Shown here piece after piece: positions 20,333 to 30,246 of a stretch of DNA of 64,000 nt. This DNA is from Vicinamibacterales bacterium (GTDB lineage: Bacteria; Acidobacteriota; Vicinamibacteria; Vicinamibacterales; UBA8438), in the NCBI GenBank assembly GCA_965202695.1, contig OZ241843.1:4352701-4416700 (forward strand), given 5' to 3'. The notes beneath the pieces were generated by a model. It did not search any database. It was not told where the DNA came from and was given only the letters and a program-made list of their open reading frames with translations. Positions within the stretch are counted from its first letter, which is position 1, and every line of letters begins with the position of its first letter. Position numbers and translations under genes: made by a program.

Positions 20333-20517
20333 CGTTCGATCCACTCGACGAACTTCGACCCCGCGGAGGCGTCGACGATCATCACCCGGGTCACCCGCGC
20401 GTTCTCGTGGATCAGCGCCTTGGTGGCGTCGCGGGCCTCCTCGATGCTGGCGTAGCGGTCGAACAGGAGCGGCGAATTGGCGGCGCCGCCGCGCACGGTG
20501 GGGATCAGCTTGAACAT
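20326..20517 (-). CDS. Small hypothetical protein (63 aa from MFKLIPTV; the listed ORF extends to 20571).
   Basis: Non-shadow composition (MFKLIPTVRGGAANSPLLFDRYASIEEARDATKALIHENARVTRVMIVDASAGSKFVEWIERS). No family recognised. Confidence 0.5.
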   Translation of the reverse strand: MFKLIPTVRGGAANSPLLFDRYASIEEARDATKALIHENARVTRVMIVDASAGSKFVEWIERS

Positions 20518-20764
20518 GGCGGGGAGATCATACCGCGTCGCCCGCACCGGCGGGCAGTCGCGCCGCGTCATGGGTTCGACGGACAGCGGTACCCGCGACC
20601 GGCCGGCAGTCGCCCGTCAAGAGCCGTCGCCGTCGCTGCGAGAAAGCGGTCTGCGGGATCACGGGAACACGCCGCCGGCGAAGCCGTCCACGTGTCCATC
20701 GGGGGGCGGTCGTGTTCGGCCACCAGCACCGCAACCAGTACAGGACTGCCGCGGCCCACCCGCG

Positions 20765-21886
20765 TCACTCCCGCGGGGGTCGCTCCGCGGCGGGGGCCGG
20801 CCACCGCCGGCGTCCGAGGTCGGTGCCCACGGCGAGCTGCACGACCTCGCCGTAGCTCCGCACGCCGCCGTCCACCCGGTTCGCCCGCAGCCAGGCGTCG
20901 TTGAGACCCTGCGCGGTCCGGCGGACGACGGGCGCCGCCCGGCGGGTCCGCGCGCGCACCGCCGCGTAGTCGGCGCGGGGACCGGGGCCGAGCCGCGCGC
21001 CGAGGGCGGCCCGCGACGACTCGTCCACGGCGCCCAGGAGCCGCCCCACCAGATACAGCCATCCACTGTACTGCATGCGCTCGTCCCCCTCCAGGCAGGT
21101 CAGCCACGCCACGAAATTGGCCTCCGCCTCGTGCGCGAAACCGGCCGCGTGGGCCCACTCGTGCGCGGTGACGAACGGGCGCTCGAACGGCAGCACGGTG
21201 TCGTTGACCAGCACCTGGAGCGAGAACGGGTCGAACATCCCGTCGATGCCGGCGCGGCGGAAGTACGGCGTCAGCAGCGAGCGCCGGGGCACGACGGCGG
21301 CGGCGGGGCGGACCACGCCCAGCTCGCGCTGCACGCGCTCGAACGCGGGACCGAGTTCGGCCGGCAGTTCCTCGAGCCGCGGCCACGACCGCGTCTCGAC
21401 GGCCTCGAACAACCGGTCGAGCTGCGCCACCCCGGCCGCCGCCAGCGCGTCGAGGACCGGCGCGGTGACCGCGTCGGCGCGGTAGCCGAGCCGGGCGGTC
21501 AACGGCTCGCGGCGGTAGTTCAGACCCCAGGTGAAGAGGAACACGAGGTAGACGACGGCGGCGGCGACCGCGAGCCGGGCCGCGACGGCCCCCAGCGCGC
21601 GGAGCCGGCCCGGCCGCCCCGGCCGCGCCAGGCGCCAGGCGCACCAGCCGAGGACTCCCGCCGCGCCGCCGAGCAGCAGCCAGTCGAAGAGCACCAGGGG
21701 CGTCCGGCTCGTCGCCGCCGTCACCACCTGCCGCACCACCGGGTACACCCCGCGCGAGTACACGGACTCGACGACGGGGCGCGAGAGCGGCAGCGCCGCC
21801 AGCGCGAGCGCGGCCCCGACGAGCGCCGCGCCCCGCCAGCCCGGCCCGCCGCCGGTGGTCCCCGCCCGGGTCCGCCTCCGCGCCAT
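20765..21886 (-). CDS. DUF3810-like membrane protein with a putative zinc-metalloprotease motif.
   Basis: N-terminal TM segments and VTAHEWAHAAGFAHEAEANFVAWL (HExxH plus EANF), as I recall it from DUF3810. Confidence 0.65.
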   Translation of the reverse strand: MARRRTRAGTTGGGPGWRGAALVGAALALAALPLSRPVVESVYSRGVYPVVRQVVTAATSRTPLVLFDWLLLGGAAGVLGWCAWRLARPGRPGRLRALGAVAARLAVAAAVVYLVFLFTWGLNYRREPLTARLGYRADAVTAPVLDALAAAGVAQLDRLFEAVETRSWPRLEELPAELGPAFERVQRELGVVRPAAAVVPRRSLLTPYFRRAGIDGMFDPFSLQVLVNDTVLPFERPFVTAHEWAHAAGFAHEAEANFVAWLTCLEGDERMQYSGWLYLVGRLLGAVDESSRAALGARLGPGPRADYAAVRARTRRAAPVVRRTAQGLNDAWLRANRVDGGVRSYGEVVQLAVGTDLGRRRWPAPAAERPPRE

Positions 21887-22173
21887 GCGCGTACCCTACA
21901 CCAGAGTCACGGCGCGGATACGGCGTGGTTCCCGGCCTCCAGGCCCCCCGAACGGGTACGGACGCCGCGAGAACCAGCCGCGCCGGATGGGCGTCCCCCT
22001 TCTTGACGCGCACCCATTCCTGGAGGGTCGGCCGGGCGCCGGGCGGAGCCGCAAGCCGGCGATCGGCGGGCCCGCCGCAACGGCGCCCGCGCGGGGCGCC
22101 GCGGCCGTTCCGGGACCACCGGTTCCGGCCGCCGGCCCCCCGCACTCCGGCCGGACCGGTGATACACTGGGCC

Positions 22174-24273
22174 ATGCCCAAAGCCGACGACGAGACGACC
22201 TGGGGCCGGTCGACGGTCCACACCGTGTGCCCCCTCGACTGCCCGGACACCTGCAGCCTCGAGGTCGCGGTCGAACGGGGCGCCATCGTGTCCATCGGCG
22301 GGTCGCGCCGGCACCCGGTCACCGACGGCTACATCTGCGGCAAGGTCCGCCGCTTCGGCGAGCGGGTGTACGGCGACGCCCGCGTCCCCCATCCCCTGGT
22401 CCGCGAGGGCCGCCGCGGCGGCGGCGAGTTCAGGCGGACCACCTGGGACGAGGCCCTCCGGACCATCGCGGACCGGATGGCCGAGGTCCGCGGCGCGTGG
22501 GGGGCCGAGGCCGTGCTTCCTTTCTCCTACGGCGGGTCGAACGGCCTGCTGACCCAGGACACCGTCGACGCCCGGCTGTTCCGGGAGTTCGGCGCGTCGC
22601 GGCTCGCCCGCACCGTCTGCGCCGTGCCGACGAGCACCGCCAACCAGGCGCTCTACGGCAAGATGCCGAGCGTGACCTGCCCCGACTACCGCCACGCCCG
22701 GCTCATCGTGGTGTGGGGCGCCAACCCGTCGAGCTCCGGCATCCACGCGGTACCGCACGTCCAGGCCGCGCAGGACGCGGGCGCGGCCCTCGTGGTCATC
22801 GATCCGCGCCGGACGAACCTGGCCCGCCGCGCCGACGTCCACCTCGCTCCGAGACCGGGAACCGACGTCGCCGTCGCCCTCGCCGTGCACCGGTACCTGT
22901 TCGAGCACGGCCGGGCCGACGAGCCGTTCCTGGCCGCCCACGCCGAGGGGGCGGACCGGCTGCGGGAACGCTGCGCCGAATGGACCTTCGACCGGGCGGC
23001 CGAGGTCGCCGGGCTCGACCCCGAGCTGATCGAGAACTTCGCCGAGATGTACGCCGACCTCTCGCCCGCGATCATCCGTTGCGGGTGGGGGCTCGAACGC
23101 AACCGCAACGGCGGCAGCGCGGCGCTGGCGGTGCTCGCCCTGCCCGCCGTCGCCGGCAAGTTCGGCGTCCGCGGCGGCGGCTACTCGATGAGCAACACCG
23201 CCGCCTGGAACCTCTCGGCCGAGTCGTGGATCGGCCGCCCCGAGCCGGACACGCGGGTCGTCAACATGAACCGGCTGGGCCGGGCGCTGCTCGAGATGCG
23301 GGACCCGCCCATCAAGATGCTGTTCGTGTACAACTGCAACCCGGTGGTGACGATGCCCGACCAGAACCGGGTCATCGAAGGACTCTCGCGGGAGGATCTC
23401 TTCACCGTGGTGTTCGATCAGGTGATGACCGACACCGCCCGGTTCGCCGACGTCGTCCTGCCCGCCACCACGTTCCTCGAGTCGTACGACGTGGCCCAGA
23501 GCTACGGGTCGACCAACCTGCAGCTCGCCCGCCCCGTGATCGAGCCGGTGGGAGAGGCCCGACCCAACGTGGAGGTGTTCGCGGAGCTGGCGGGCCGCCT
23601 GGGTCTCGACGCGGGAGCCGGGTACGAGAGCGACGCCCAGGCCCTTCTGCAGCTCGCCGCGGCCCTGCCCGAGGAGGCGCGCGGCCCGCTCCTGGAGGAG
23701 GGCATCGCGGTCGGCGTGGCGGAGGGGGCGCCGGTGCAGTTCGTCGACGTCCATCCCCGGACCCCGAACCGCAAGGTGCGGCTGTTCCCCGAGGAGCTCG
23801 AACGCGAGAGTCCCGGAGGCATCTACCGTTTCCGGCCCGACCCTGCGACCCCCGACTATCCCCTGGCCCTGATCTCCCCGTCCACCGGGAAGACCGTCAA
23901 CTCCACCCTCGGCGAGCTGCGCGCGCGCGTGGCCAGCCTGCGGATGCATCCCGACGACGCCGAGCCGCGCGGCCTCGCCGCCGGCGACACCGCCCGCGTC
24001 TTCAACGCCCTCGGCGAGGTGCACTGCCCGGTGGAGCTCGACGCGGGCATGCGGCGGGGCACGGTCGGCCTTCCCAAGGGGCTGTGGCGCATGAGCACCC
24101 TCAACGGCGCGACCGCCAACGCCCTCGTCCCCGACGATCTGACGGACGTAGGCGGCGGCGCCGTCTTCAACGACGCGCGGGTGCAGGTGGCCCGCGTCGT
24201 CACCGCCACCCTGCGGCTCGACGGGGCGGCGCCGCCGGCCCCGGACGCGGCCGGCGGCGCCTCGGTGCACTAG
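22174..24273 (+). CDS. Molybdopterin (bis-MGD) oxidoreductase family protein, cytoplasmic type, substrate unknown.
   Basis: N-terminal 4Fe-4S motif CPLDCPDTCSL, then VWGANP, VVIDPRRT and a C-terminal beta-barrel region (RMHPDDA...GD.ARVFN..GEV). No twin-arginine signal seen. Start re-picked at MPKADDE (ATG 22174). Confidence 0.85.
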   Translation: MPKADDETTWGRSTVHTVCPLDCPDTCSLEVAVERGAIVSIGGSRRHPVTDGYICGKVRRFGERVYGDARVPHPLVREGRRGGGEFRRTTWDEALRTIADRMAEVRGAWGAEAVLPFSYGGSNGLLTQDTVDARLFREFGASRLARTVCAVPTSTANQALYGKMPSVTCPDYRHARLIVVWGANPSSSGIHAVPHVQAAQDAGAALVVIDPRRTNLARRADVHLAPRPGTDVAVALAVHRYLFEHGRADEPFLAAHAEGADRLRERCAEWTFDRAAEVAGLDPELIENFAEMYADLSPAIIRCGWGLERNRNGGSAALAVLALPAVAGKFGVRGGGYSMSNTAAWNLSAESWIGRPEPDTRVVNMNRLGRALLEMRDPPIKMLFVYNCNPVVTMPDQNRVIEGLSREDLFTVVFDQVMTDTARFADVVLPATTFLESYDVAQSYGSTNLQLARPVIEPVGEARPNVEVFAELAGRLGLDAGAGYESDAQALLQLAAALPEEARGPLLEEGIAVGVAEGAPVQFVDVHPRTPNRKVRLFPEELERESPGGIYRFRPDPATPDYPLALISPSTGKTVNSTLGELRARVASLRMHPDDAEPRGLAAGDTARVFNALGEVHCPVELDAGMRRGTVGLPKGLWRMSTLNGATANALVPDDLTDVGGGAVFNDARVQVARVVTATLRLDGAAPPAPDAAGGASVH

Positions 24274-25706
24274 ATCCGGCGCGCCGGGGTCGGGGCCGCG
24301 TGGTCGGGGTGCGCCAGATCGGCGACCCGGCCGCCGGGCATCCGCAGGGCCGCGAGCACCGCGAGTCCGGTGACGGCGGCGGTGAGCCCGAAGACCCGGC
24401 GGACGGCCTCCAGCATCCGCGCCGGCCCGGGCTCCGCGCCGCCGGCGAGGGTGGCCGCGATCACCGCCCCGAAGAGGGCGACGCCCACCGCCCCGCCGAC
24501 GCTGCGGGCGAACTGGCCGAAGGACGTGGCGACCCCCAGGTGGCGCCGCGCGACCGCGCCCTGCATGGCGAGCACGAGCGACAGCATCACCACCCCCATC
24601 CCCATGCCCATCAGGACGAGGTCCGCCCGCAGCACCCAGCCGGGCGTATCCGCGGTGACGGCGGCGAGCCCGATGAACGCGAGGGTGACCACGCCGAGGC
24701 CGCCGATCACCATCGGCCGGTAGCCGATCCGGTGCGCCAACCGCCCCGCGACCACCGAGAACGCGACCCACCCGAGCACCAGCGGGGTCAGCGCCCGGCC
24801 CGCTTCGACGGCCGTGCCGCCCAGCCCCTCCTGCACCAGGAGCGGGACGTACGAGATCGCGCTGAACATGGCCGCGCCGAGGAGCAGCCCGATGCCCGCG
24901 ACGGACGCCACCATCCGGTCCGCCAGCAGATCGACGGGAACCATCGGCTCGGCCGCCCGCCGCTCGACCCGCACCAGCCACCACCCGAATCCAGCCGCGG
25001 CCCCGCCGGCGAGGGCCGCCCACCCGCCGCGGCCGGCCACCGCGGTCTGGCCGACGGCGAGCAGCAGCAGGGTGACCGACAGCGCCAGCAGGGCCGCCCC
25101 GGCGTAGTCGACGGGCCGCCGGACCCCCGGCGCGGGGTCGCGCAGGGCCGCGCCCACGGCGACGGCGGCCGCGATGCCGAACGGGACGTTGAGGTAGAAC
25201 ACCCAGCGCCACGAAAGCAGCGCGGTGACGTAGCCCCCGGCGAGCGGACCCGCGACCGAGGCCACCCCCCACACCGCGCTCAGCAGCCCCTGCGTCCGGC
25301 CGCGCTCTTCCAGCGTGTAGTGGTCGGCGATGATGCTCATGCCCAGGGGCATGAGACCGCCGGCGCCGAATCCTTGCAGCGTGCGGAACAGGATGAGCTC
25401 GGGCATGGAGCGGGCCGCTCCGGAGAGGGCCGAGCCGAGCAGGAAGATGCCGATGCACGCGAGATAGAAGCGCCGGCGTCCGTACAGGTCGGAGAGCTTG
25501 CCCCACAACGGGATCGAGACCGTCACCGCCAGCAGGTAGGCGGAGAAGACCCAACTGTACCAGGCGAGCCCGCCGAGCTGGGCGGCGACCGTGGGCATGG
25601 CCGCCGCCACGACGGTCATCTCGATGGCCGCCAGGAACGTGCCCCCCAGCACCCCGGCCGTGGCCACCGCCCGCCGGGCGCCTCCGATGCGTTCCTGCTC
25701 GGTCAT
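24270..25706 (-). CDS. MFS transporter, DHA2 (EmrB/QacA)-like drug:H+ antiporter.
   Basis: Has LWGKLSDLYGRRRFYL, LFRTLQGFGAGG and about 14 hydrophobic segments. Confidence 0.85.
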   Translation of the reverse strand: MTEQERIGGARRAVATAGVLGGTFLAAIEMTVVAAAMPTVAAQLGGLAWYSWVFSAYLLAVTVSIPLWGKLSDLYGRRRFYLACIGIFLLGSALSGAARSMPELILFRTLQGFGAGGLMPLGMSIIADHYTLEERGRTQGLLSAVWGVASVAGPLAGGYVTALLSWRWVFYLNVPFGIAAAVAVGAALRDPAPGVRRPVDYAGAALLALSVTLLLLAVGQTAVAGRGGWAALAGGAAAGFGWWLVRVERRAAEPMVPVDLLADRMVASVAGIGLLLGAAMFSAISYVPLLVQEGLGGTAVEAGRALTPLVLGWVAFSVVAGRLAHRIGYRPMVIGGLGVVTLAFIGLAAVTADTPGWVLRADLVLMGMGMGVVMLSLVLAMQGAVARRHLGVATSFGQFARSVGGAVGVALFGAVIAATLAGGAEPGPARMLEAVRRVFGLTAAVTGLAVLAALRMPGGRVADLAHPDHAAPTPARRI

Positions 25707-25848
25707 CCGCCGTCGGCCCGCTCCGGGCCGGCGCGGGCCGCGCCGCGGACTCCCGGTCCCCCGTGCGTCCGCGCCCGCCGCCGCTCCAACCCTCCCATGT
25801 TACGATCTCCGCGACCGGCGCCGCCAGCGGGACCGCCGTCATGCCGCC

Positions 25849-26139
25849 ATGCCTGATTCCGACACTCCCGTCCGCATCGTCCGGTGCGCGAAGCTCCGAA
25901 AGGAGCTGCCCGGACTCGACGAACCTCCCTGGCCCGGCGAGCTGGGCCGGCGCATCTACGAGCAGGTCTCCGCCGACGCCTGGAAGCTGTGGGAGGAACG
26001 GATGACCATGATCCTCAACGAGTACCGCCTCATGCCCTGGCAGAAGGAAGCCCAGGACCTGGTGGCGAAGTACATGGAGGACTTCTTCTTCGGCGAAGAG
26101 TCGGCGCTTCCCCCCGACTACGTGCCGCGGCCGAAGTGA
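25849..26139 (+). CDS. yggX: Fe(2+)-trafficking protein YggX family.
   Basis: VRIVRCAKLRKELPGLDEPPWPGELGRRIYEQVSADAWKLWEERMTMILNEYRL closely parallels E. coli YggX. Start ATG 25849, inside listed ORF 25591..26139. Confidence 0.85.
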   Translation: MPDSDTPVRIVRCAKLRKELPGLDEPPWPGELGRRIYEQVSADAWKLWEERMTMILNEYRLMPWQKEAQDLVAKYMEDFFFGEESALPPDYVPRPK

Positions 26140-26152
26140 CGCGCCGCGGGGT

Positions 26153-27568
26153 TCACGGCGCCGCCGGGCCGCCGGGGACCGCCGCCCGGTCCGTCCGCGG
26201 CGGCGTCGCGAGGCTCACCACGACCAGCGTCCCGATCGACAGGGCGAGGGCCGGGTACGCGGTCTCCAGGCCGAGGGGATAGGCGCCGCGGGCGAACCCG
26301 GCGATCTCCCACGCCAGCGTCGTGCTCATGCCCGCGAGGATCGACGCCACGCCTCCCGCCGGGGTCGCGCGCGGCCAGAGCAGGGCGCCGAGGAGGGCGG
26401 GGGTGATGCCCGCGCCGTACATGGTGTACGCCCACAGGGCCATCGCGAGAATCGTCGGGAAGAAACTCCCGGCCACATAGCCGGACACGCCGAGCGCCAC
26501 GACCACGACCCGCGTGAGGACCACGACCCGCGTCCCGCCGATGGACGGATCGACGAAGCGCTGATACACGTCCCGGATCAGGCTGGTCGCCGGCGTCAGC
26601 AGGAAGCTGTTGGCGGTGGAGACGACGATCGCGGCCGCCCCGCACACGAGGACGATCCCCAGCGCCTCCGGCAGCACGTCCGTCGCGACGCGGATCACGA
26701 CTTCTTCCGACTGCGTCTCGGTGAGCCCCGGCACGAGCGTGCTGGCGAACACCCCGGTCGAGTCGATCAGGGTCTCGACCACGATCGTCCCCACGATCCA
26801 CCCGCCGACGGCGAGCCGCGCCGCCCGCTCGTCGCGGGCCGAGAAGAACTTCTGGTACATGTTCGCTTCGCCGAGCAGCAGGAACATCGTCGGCAGGAAC
26901 AGCGCGAGGGACGCCTGCGGCCCGAGAGAGCCGAACAGCGACACCTGGTCGGGCCGGAGCGCCCCCAGCGCGGGGCCGGGGCCGCCGGCGTCCCCGACCA
27001 GGAACACGACGGCCAGCATCACCCCGAAGGTCATCAGCAGACCGTTGCCGACGTCCAGGTAGGCGATGGAGAGCATGCCCGCGAGCGCGGTGAACACGAC
27101 GCAGAACAGCATCGTGATCAACGCGCCGGTATCGGGATCGACCCCCGCGATCGCCGCGAGGAGACGGCCGCCGCCCCGGAACTGGTACGCGGCGATCGTC
27201 GTGTAGGCGAGCACCGTGGTCACCGTGCCCAGCACCCGCGCGGCCGGCCCGTAGCGCAGTTCGAGGATGTCGGGCACGGTGTACTGGGCGATGCGGCGCA
27301 CCCGCGGCGCGATGAAGTAGACGAGGGCGATGCCCGCCCACGCCCCCGCCGACTGCCACAGGGCCGCGAAGCCCGCCCGGTAGCCGAGCCCGGCCCCCGC
27401 GAACAGGCTGCCCGACCCGATCCAGGTGGCGAGCAGCGTGAACACCAGCACCCGCGCCGGCAGCGCGCGGCCCGCCACGAGGAAGTCGTCGCCGGTCCGC
27501 ACGCGCCGGCTGCGGTACGCGCCGACGAGGACGAGGACGGAGAGATACAGCAGTACGGCCGTCAGCAT
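26153..27568 (-). CDS. Sodium:solute symporter (SSS) family transporter.
   Basis: Has DDFLVAGRALP, ATWIGSGSLFAGAGLGY and YTVPDILELRYG. Start re-picked at MLTAVLLY (ATG 27568). Confidence 0.85.
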   Translation of the reverse strand: MLTAVLLYLSVLVLVGAYRSRRVRTGDDFLVAGRALPARVLVFTLLATWIGSGSLFAGAGLGYRAGFAALWQSAGAWAGIALVYFIAPRVRRIAQYTVPDILELRYGPAARVLGTVTTVLAYTTIAAYQFRGGGRLLAAIAGVDPDTGALITMLFCVVFTALAGMLSIAYLDVGNGLLMTFGVMLAVVFLVGDAGGPGPALGALRPDQVSLFGSLGPQASLALFLPTMFLLLGEANMYQKFFSARDERAARLAVGGWIVGTIVVETLIDSTGVFASTLVPGLTETQSEEVVIRVATDVLPEALGIVLVCGAAAIVVSTANSFLLTPATSLIRDVYQRFVDPSIGGTRVVVLTRVVVVALGVSGYVAGSFFPTILAMALWAYTMYGAGITPALLGALLWPRATPAGGVASILAGMSTTLAWEIAGFARGAYPLGLETAYPALALSIGTLVVVSLATPPRTDRAAVPGGPAAP

Positions 27569-27656
27569 GGGCGTGTCTCCGCCCGCATTATGCACCGGCC
27601 CGCGGGTCGGCCCCCCGGCCGCCGCGCGGGTCGGCCCTGGCTGGTATCCTCGCACC

Positions 27657-28373
27657 ATGCCTCTCGACGAGTACCGGCGCAAGCGCGACTTCTCGAAGAC
27701 CCCCGAGCCGCGCGGGGACCGCAAGCCGCGCCGGCCGCGGGCGGGCCGGGGCGGCCGGCCGCGGCCGCTGCGCTTCTGCGTGCAGAAGCATCTCGCGACC
27801 CGGCTGCACTACGACCTGCGGCTCGAGCACGACGGCGTCCTGCTGTCGTGGGCGGTGCCCAGGGGACCGTCCCTCGATCCCCGGGACCGGCACCTCGCGG
27901 TGCGGACCGAGGACCATCCCCGCGACTACGGCGACTTCGAAGGCGTCATCCCGGAAGGCTACGGCCGGGGCGTCGTCATGCTGTGGGACCACGGCGCGTG
28001 GCGGCCCGAGGTCGACGACGTCGACGCGGCTCTGGACGCCGGCGACCTGAAGTTCACCCTCGACGGCTACAAGCTCAAGGGCTCGTGGGCGCTCGTGCGC
28101 ACCCGCGACCGCCCCGACACCCCCCGGCCGCGGCGCGGCCGGAACTGGCTGCTCGTCAAGCACCGCGACTTCTGGTCCGGCCCCCTCGACGTCACCGCGT
28201 TCGCGCCCCTCAGCGTGAAGAGCGAGGGCGACTTCGACGACATCCTCGCCGCGGACCTGCCGGACGTCTGGGTGACGGGGCGGGCCGCGGCGCGGGGAGG
28301 CCCGGCCGGAAAGGCGCTGCGGGAGATCATCGAGAAGGCCGCGGCCAGGAAACTCGCGCGCGGCGGGGCCTGA
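27657..28373 (+). CDS. Stand-alone DNA ligase D 3'-phosphoesterase (LigD PE) domain protein.
   Basis: LDEYRRKRDFSKTPEP...FCVQKHLATRLHYDLRLEHDGVLLSWAVPRGPS...VRTEDHPRDYGDFEGVIPEGYG matches the LigD phosphoesterase signature. No ligase or polymerase domain is attached. Confidence 0.85.
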   Translation: MPLDEYRRKRDFSKTPEPRGDRKPRRPRAGRGGRPRPLRFCVQKHLATRLHYDLRLEHDGVLLSWAVPRGPSLDPRDRHLAVRTEDHPRDYGDFEGVIPEGYGRGVVMLWDHGAWRPEVDDVDAALDAGDLKFTLDGYKLKGSWALVRTRDRPDTPRPRRGRNWLLVKHRDFWSGPLDVTAFAPLSVKSEGDFDDILAADLPDVWVTGRAAARGGPAGKALREIIEKAAARKLARGGA

Positions 28374-28382
28374 CGCCGCCCG

Positions 28383-29420
28383 TCACGCCGCCCCGGACCG
28401 GCCCCCCGCCAGCGCCGGCGCGCGGCGGGGGGCCGCGGCCGGCCGGCCGCGGTCGTCGGTCAGGAGGCGCCGGGAGAGGAGGCCCCATACCGCGTAGGCC
28501 AGGCGCCGCCGCGCGTGCCGGGCGAAGGTCCCGTGCCAGAACTCGCCGGCGACGACCTCGCAGCCGTCCGGGATCCGCCCCATCGGCAGCGGCCGCTTGT
28601 GCTCGGCCGCGTAACGGGCGACGGTCTCGTCGTCGGGGCGCCCGGTGTTGACGATGACCGCATCGACGCGGCGGCCGGTCACCTCGCCGATGCGCGCCAC
28701 CGCCGCCCCGGCCGTGAAGCCCTCCATGCCGCGCCCCTCGGTCAGCAGGTTGGCGACCAGCACGATCGGGCCGTCGACGGCGGCCACCGCGGCGCGCACG
28801 CCCTCGGGGAGGAAGGTCGGCACGAGGCTCGTGTGGAAGCTGCCCGGGCCGACGATGACCGCGTCGAAGCGGGGAATGGCGGCGGCCGCGGCGGGATGGA
28901 TGACGACCCGCGGGTCCAGCCAGACGCGGCGCACGCGGCGCCCCTGGCCCTGCCCGGCATCGACCTCGACCTCGCCGCGCGAGGTCGAACCGTCCTCGTA
29001 CTCGGCGCAGACCGTCGCCTGCTCGACGCTGACCGGCCACACCAGCCCGACGCAGTCGAGCAGCGTGCGCAGTCCGTCGACGGCGGCGAGAAAATCGCCG
29101 GTGTACTGCTCCATCATCGACAGCAGCAGGTTGCCGCCGGTGTGGCCGCCGAGCCGGTCGTGCTCGAAGCCGGACAGCCGGGTCAGCAGAATGCGCCGCG
29201 CCTCGGCCTCGTTGCGGGCCAGGGCCAGCGCGCAGCGGAGGACGTCGCCCGGCGGCAGCACGCCGAGCTGATCCCGCAGCACCCCGGAGCTGCCGCCGCT
29301 GTCGAACATGGTGACCACCGCGTTGACGCGCAGCCAGGGGTTCTGCTTGAGGCCGCCGATGAGGCTCGACAACCCCGTGCCCCCGCCGAAACAGCCGACG
29401 TTGAGACGTCGAAGCCGCAT
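28383..29420 (-). CDS. YvcK/CofD-family (UPF0052, gluconeogenesis factor-like) protein.
   Basis: Has GGGTGLSSLIGGLK, VTMFDSGGSSG and IVGPGSFHTSL. Start re-picked at MRLRRLNV (ATG 29420). Confidence 0.8.
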   Translation of the reverse strand: MRLRRLNVGCFGGGTGLSSLIGGLKQNPWLRVNAVVTMFDSGGSSGVLRDQLGVLPPGDVLRCALALARNEAEARRILLTRLSGFEHDRLGGHTGGNLLLSMMEQYTGDFLAAVDGLRTLLDCVGLVWPVSVEQATVCAEYEDGSTSRGEVEVDAGQGQGRRVRRVWLDPRVVIHPAAAAAIPRFDAVIVGPGSFHTSLVPTFLPEGVRAAVAAVDGPIVLVANLLTEGRGMEGFTAGAAVARIGEVTGRRVDAVIVNTGRPDDETVARYAAEHKRPLPMGRIPDGCEVVAGEFWHGTFARHARRRLAYAVWGLLSRRLLTDDRGRPAAAPRRAPALAGGRSGAA

Positions 29421-29532
29421 GCGCGTATTGTCCCGCATTCCCGGGAGGCCGGTCCAGACGGCCCCGGCCGGAATCCGCCGGAGCGGATCGCGGGTACAAT
29501 CGGCGCGTCCCTGCCGGGTCATGCCGCTCATG

Positions 29533-29722
29533 GCCGCCGTGGTGGAACCCCGCGCCGCACTGCACCCGAAGGGCGCCGGCAGGGAGCGCCCGCCCGACAA
29601 GGCGCGGGGAGGGCGCATCCTGGACATGCGGCAACCGCGGACGGCAAGCAGTCCGGCGAACGACGCGGTCGGGCGGGATGCATCGCCGCTCGAATGCGGC
29701 GGGGACCTTCGCCACCGGCTGC
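29533..29722 (+). repeat. Interspersed repeat family, copy C (full length).
   Basis: GCCGCCGTGGTGGAACCCCGCGCCGCAC...GACAAGGCGCGGGGAGGGCGCAT...GGGATGCATCGCCGCTCGAATGCGGCGGGGACCTTCGCCACCGGCTGCTGGAC is collinear with copy F (43376-43541) and with the reverse complement of copy E. Confidence 0.75.
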
Positions 29723-29727
29723 TGGAC

Positions 29728-30246
29728 ATGCTGCTGCCGCAGTTCGACCGGGAGCTGGGAATCACCCGGCGTCTCTTCGCAGCGGCGCCGGAGGCGGACC
29801 TGACGTGGACGCCGGGCGGGAACGACCGGACCACGGCCGAGCTGATGACCCACCTCGCGGACATTCCGGCCTGGACCCGCGGGATCGTCGAAGCGGACGG
29901 CCGCGACCTGGCCGAGGTCCGGGACCCGGCCACGGTCACGTCGGCCGCCGCCGGCCTCGAGCGGTTCGACGCCGCCGCGGCCGCCGGCCGCCGCGCCGTG
30001 GCGGGCTGCCCCGACGGCGAATTGACCGCGGACTGGACCCTGCGGCGCCGGGGCCGGGTGCTGTTCTCGCTGCCCCGGATAGCCGCGCTGCAGACGCTGG
30101 TGCTGAACCACGTGATCCATCACCGCGGTCAACTCAGCGTCCATCTGCGGATGCGGGGCGTCCGGGTCCCCCCGATCTACAGGCTCGCGGCCGGGGCCGG
30201 GGCCGCGGCCGACGACCGGGCGCCCGCGGCGCGGCGCCGGCGATGA
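29728..30246 (+). CDS. DinB-family (DinB_2-like) metal-dependent protein.
   Basis: MLLPQFDRELGITRRLFAAAPEADLTWTP...TTAELMTHL...LNHVIHHRGQLSVHLR is the typical DinB/YfiT four-helix pattern. The start is uncertain because the upstream in-frame sequence is repeat copy C. Confidence 0.65.
   Translation: MLLPQFDRELGITRRLFAAAPEADLTWTPGGNDRTTAELMTHLADIPAWTRGIVEADGRDLAEVRDPATVTSAAAGLERFDAAAAAGRRAVAGCPDGELTADWTLRRRGRVLFSLPRIAALQTLVLNHVIHHRGQLSVHLRMRGVRVPPIYRLAAGAGAAADDRAPAARRRR

Noticed and set aside
21887-22173. Looked for a Moco riboswitch upstream of the molybdopterin oxidoreductase. Also looked for a SAM/SAH-type riboswitch upstream of metF (19054-19257).
   Set aside because: I could not find the conserved cores I remember for these RNAs, for example no GAGGGA...GCAACC arrangement for SAM-I. 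Covariance-model searches (Rfam/Infernal) would be needed to be sure.
21855-25856. Two giant overlapping ORFs (1333 aa on plus, 1311 aa on minus) spanning the Mo-oxidoreductase and MFS genes.
   Set aside because: Their translations are dominated by Arg/Pro/Gly/Ala runs (…RRGRGRRR…, …GRPGRRSG…), typical of out-of-frame or antisense open frames in about 75% GC DNA. The in-frame genes 22174..24273 (+) and 24270..25706 (-) have clear family motifs instead.
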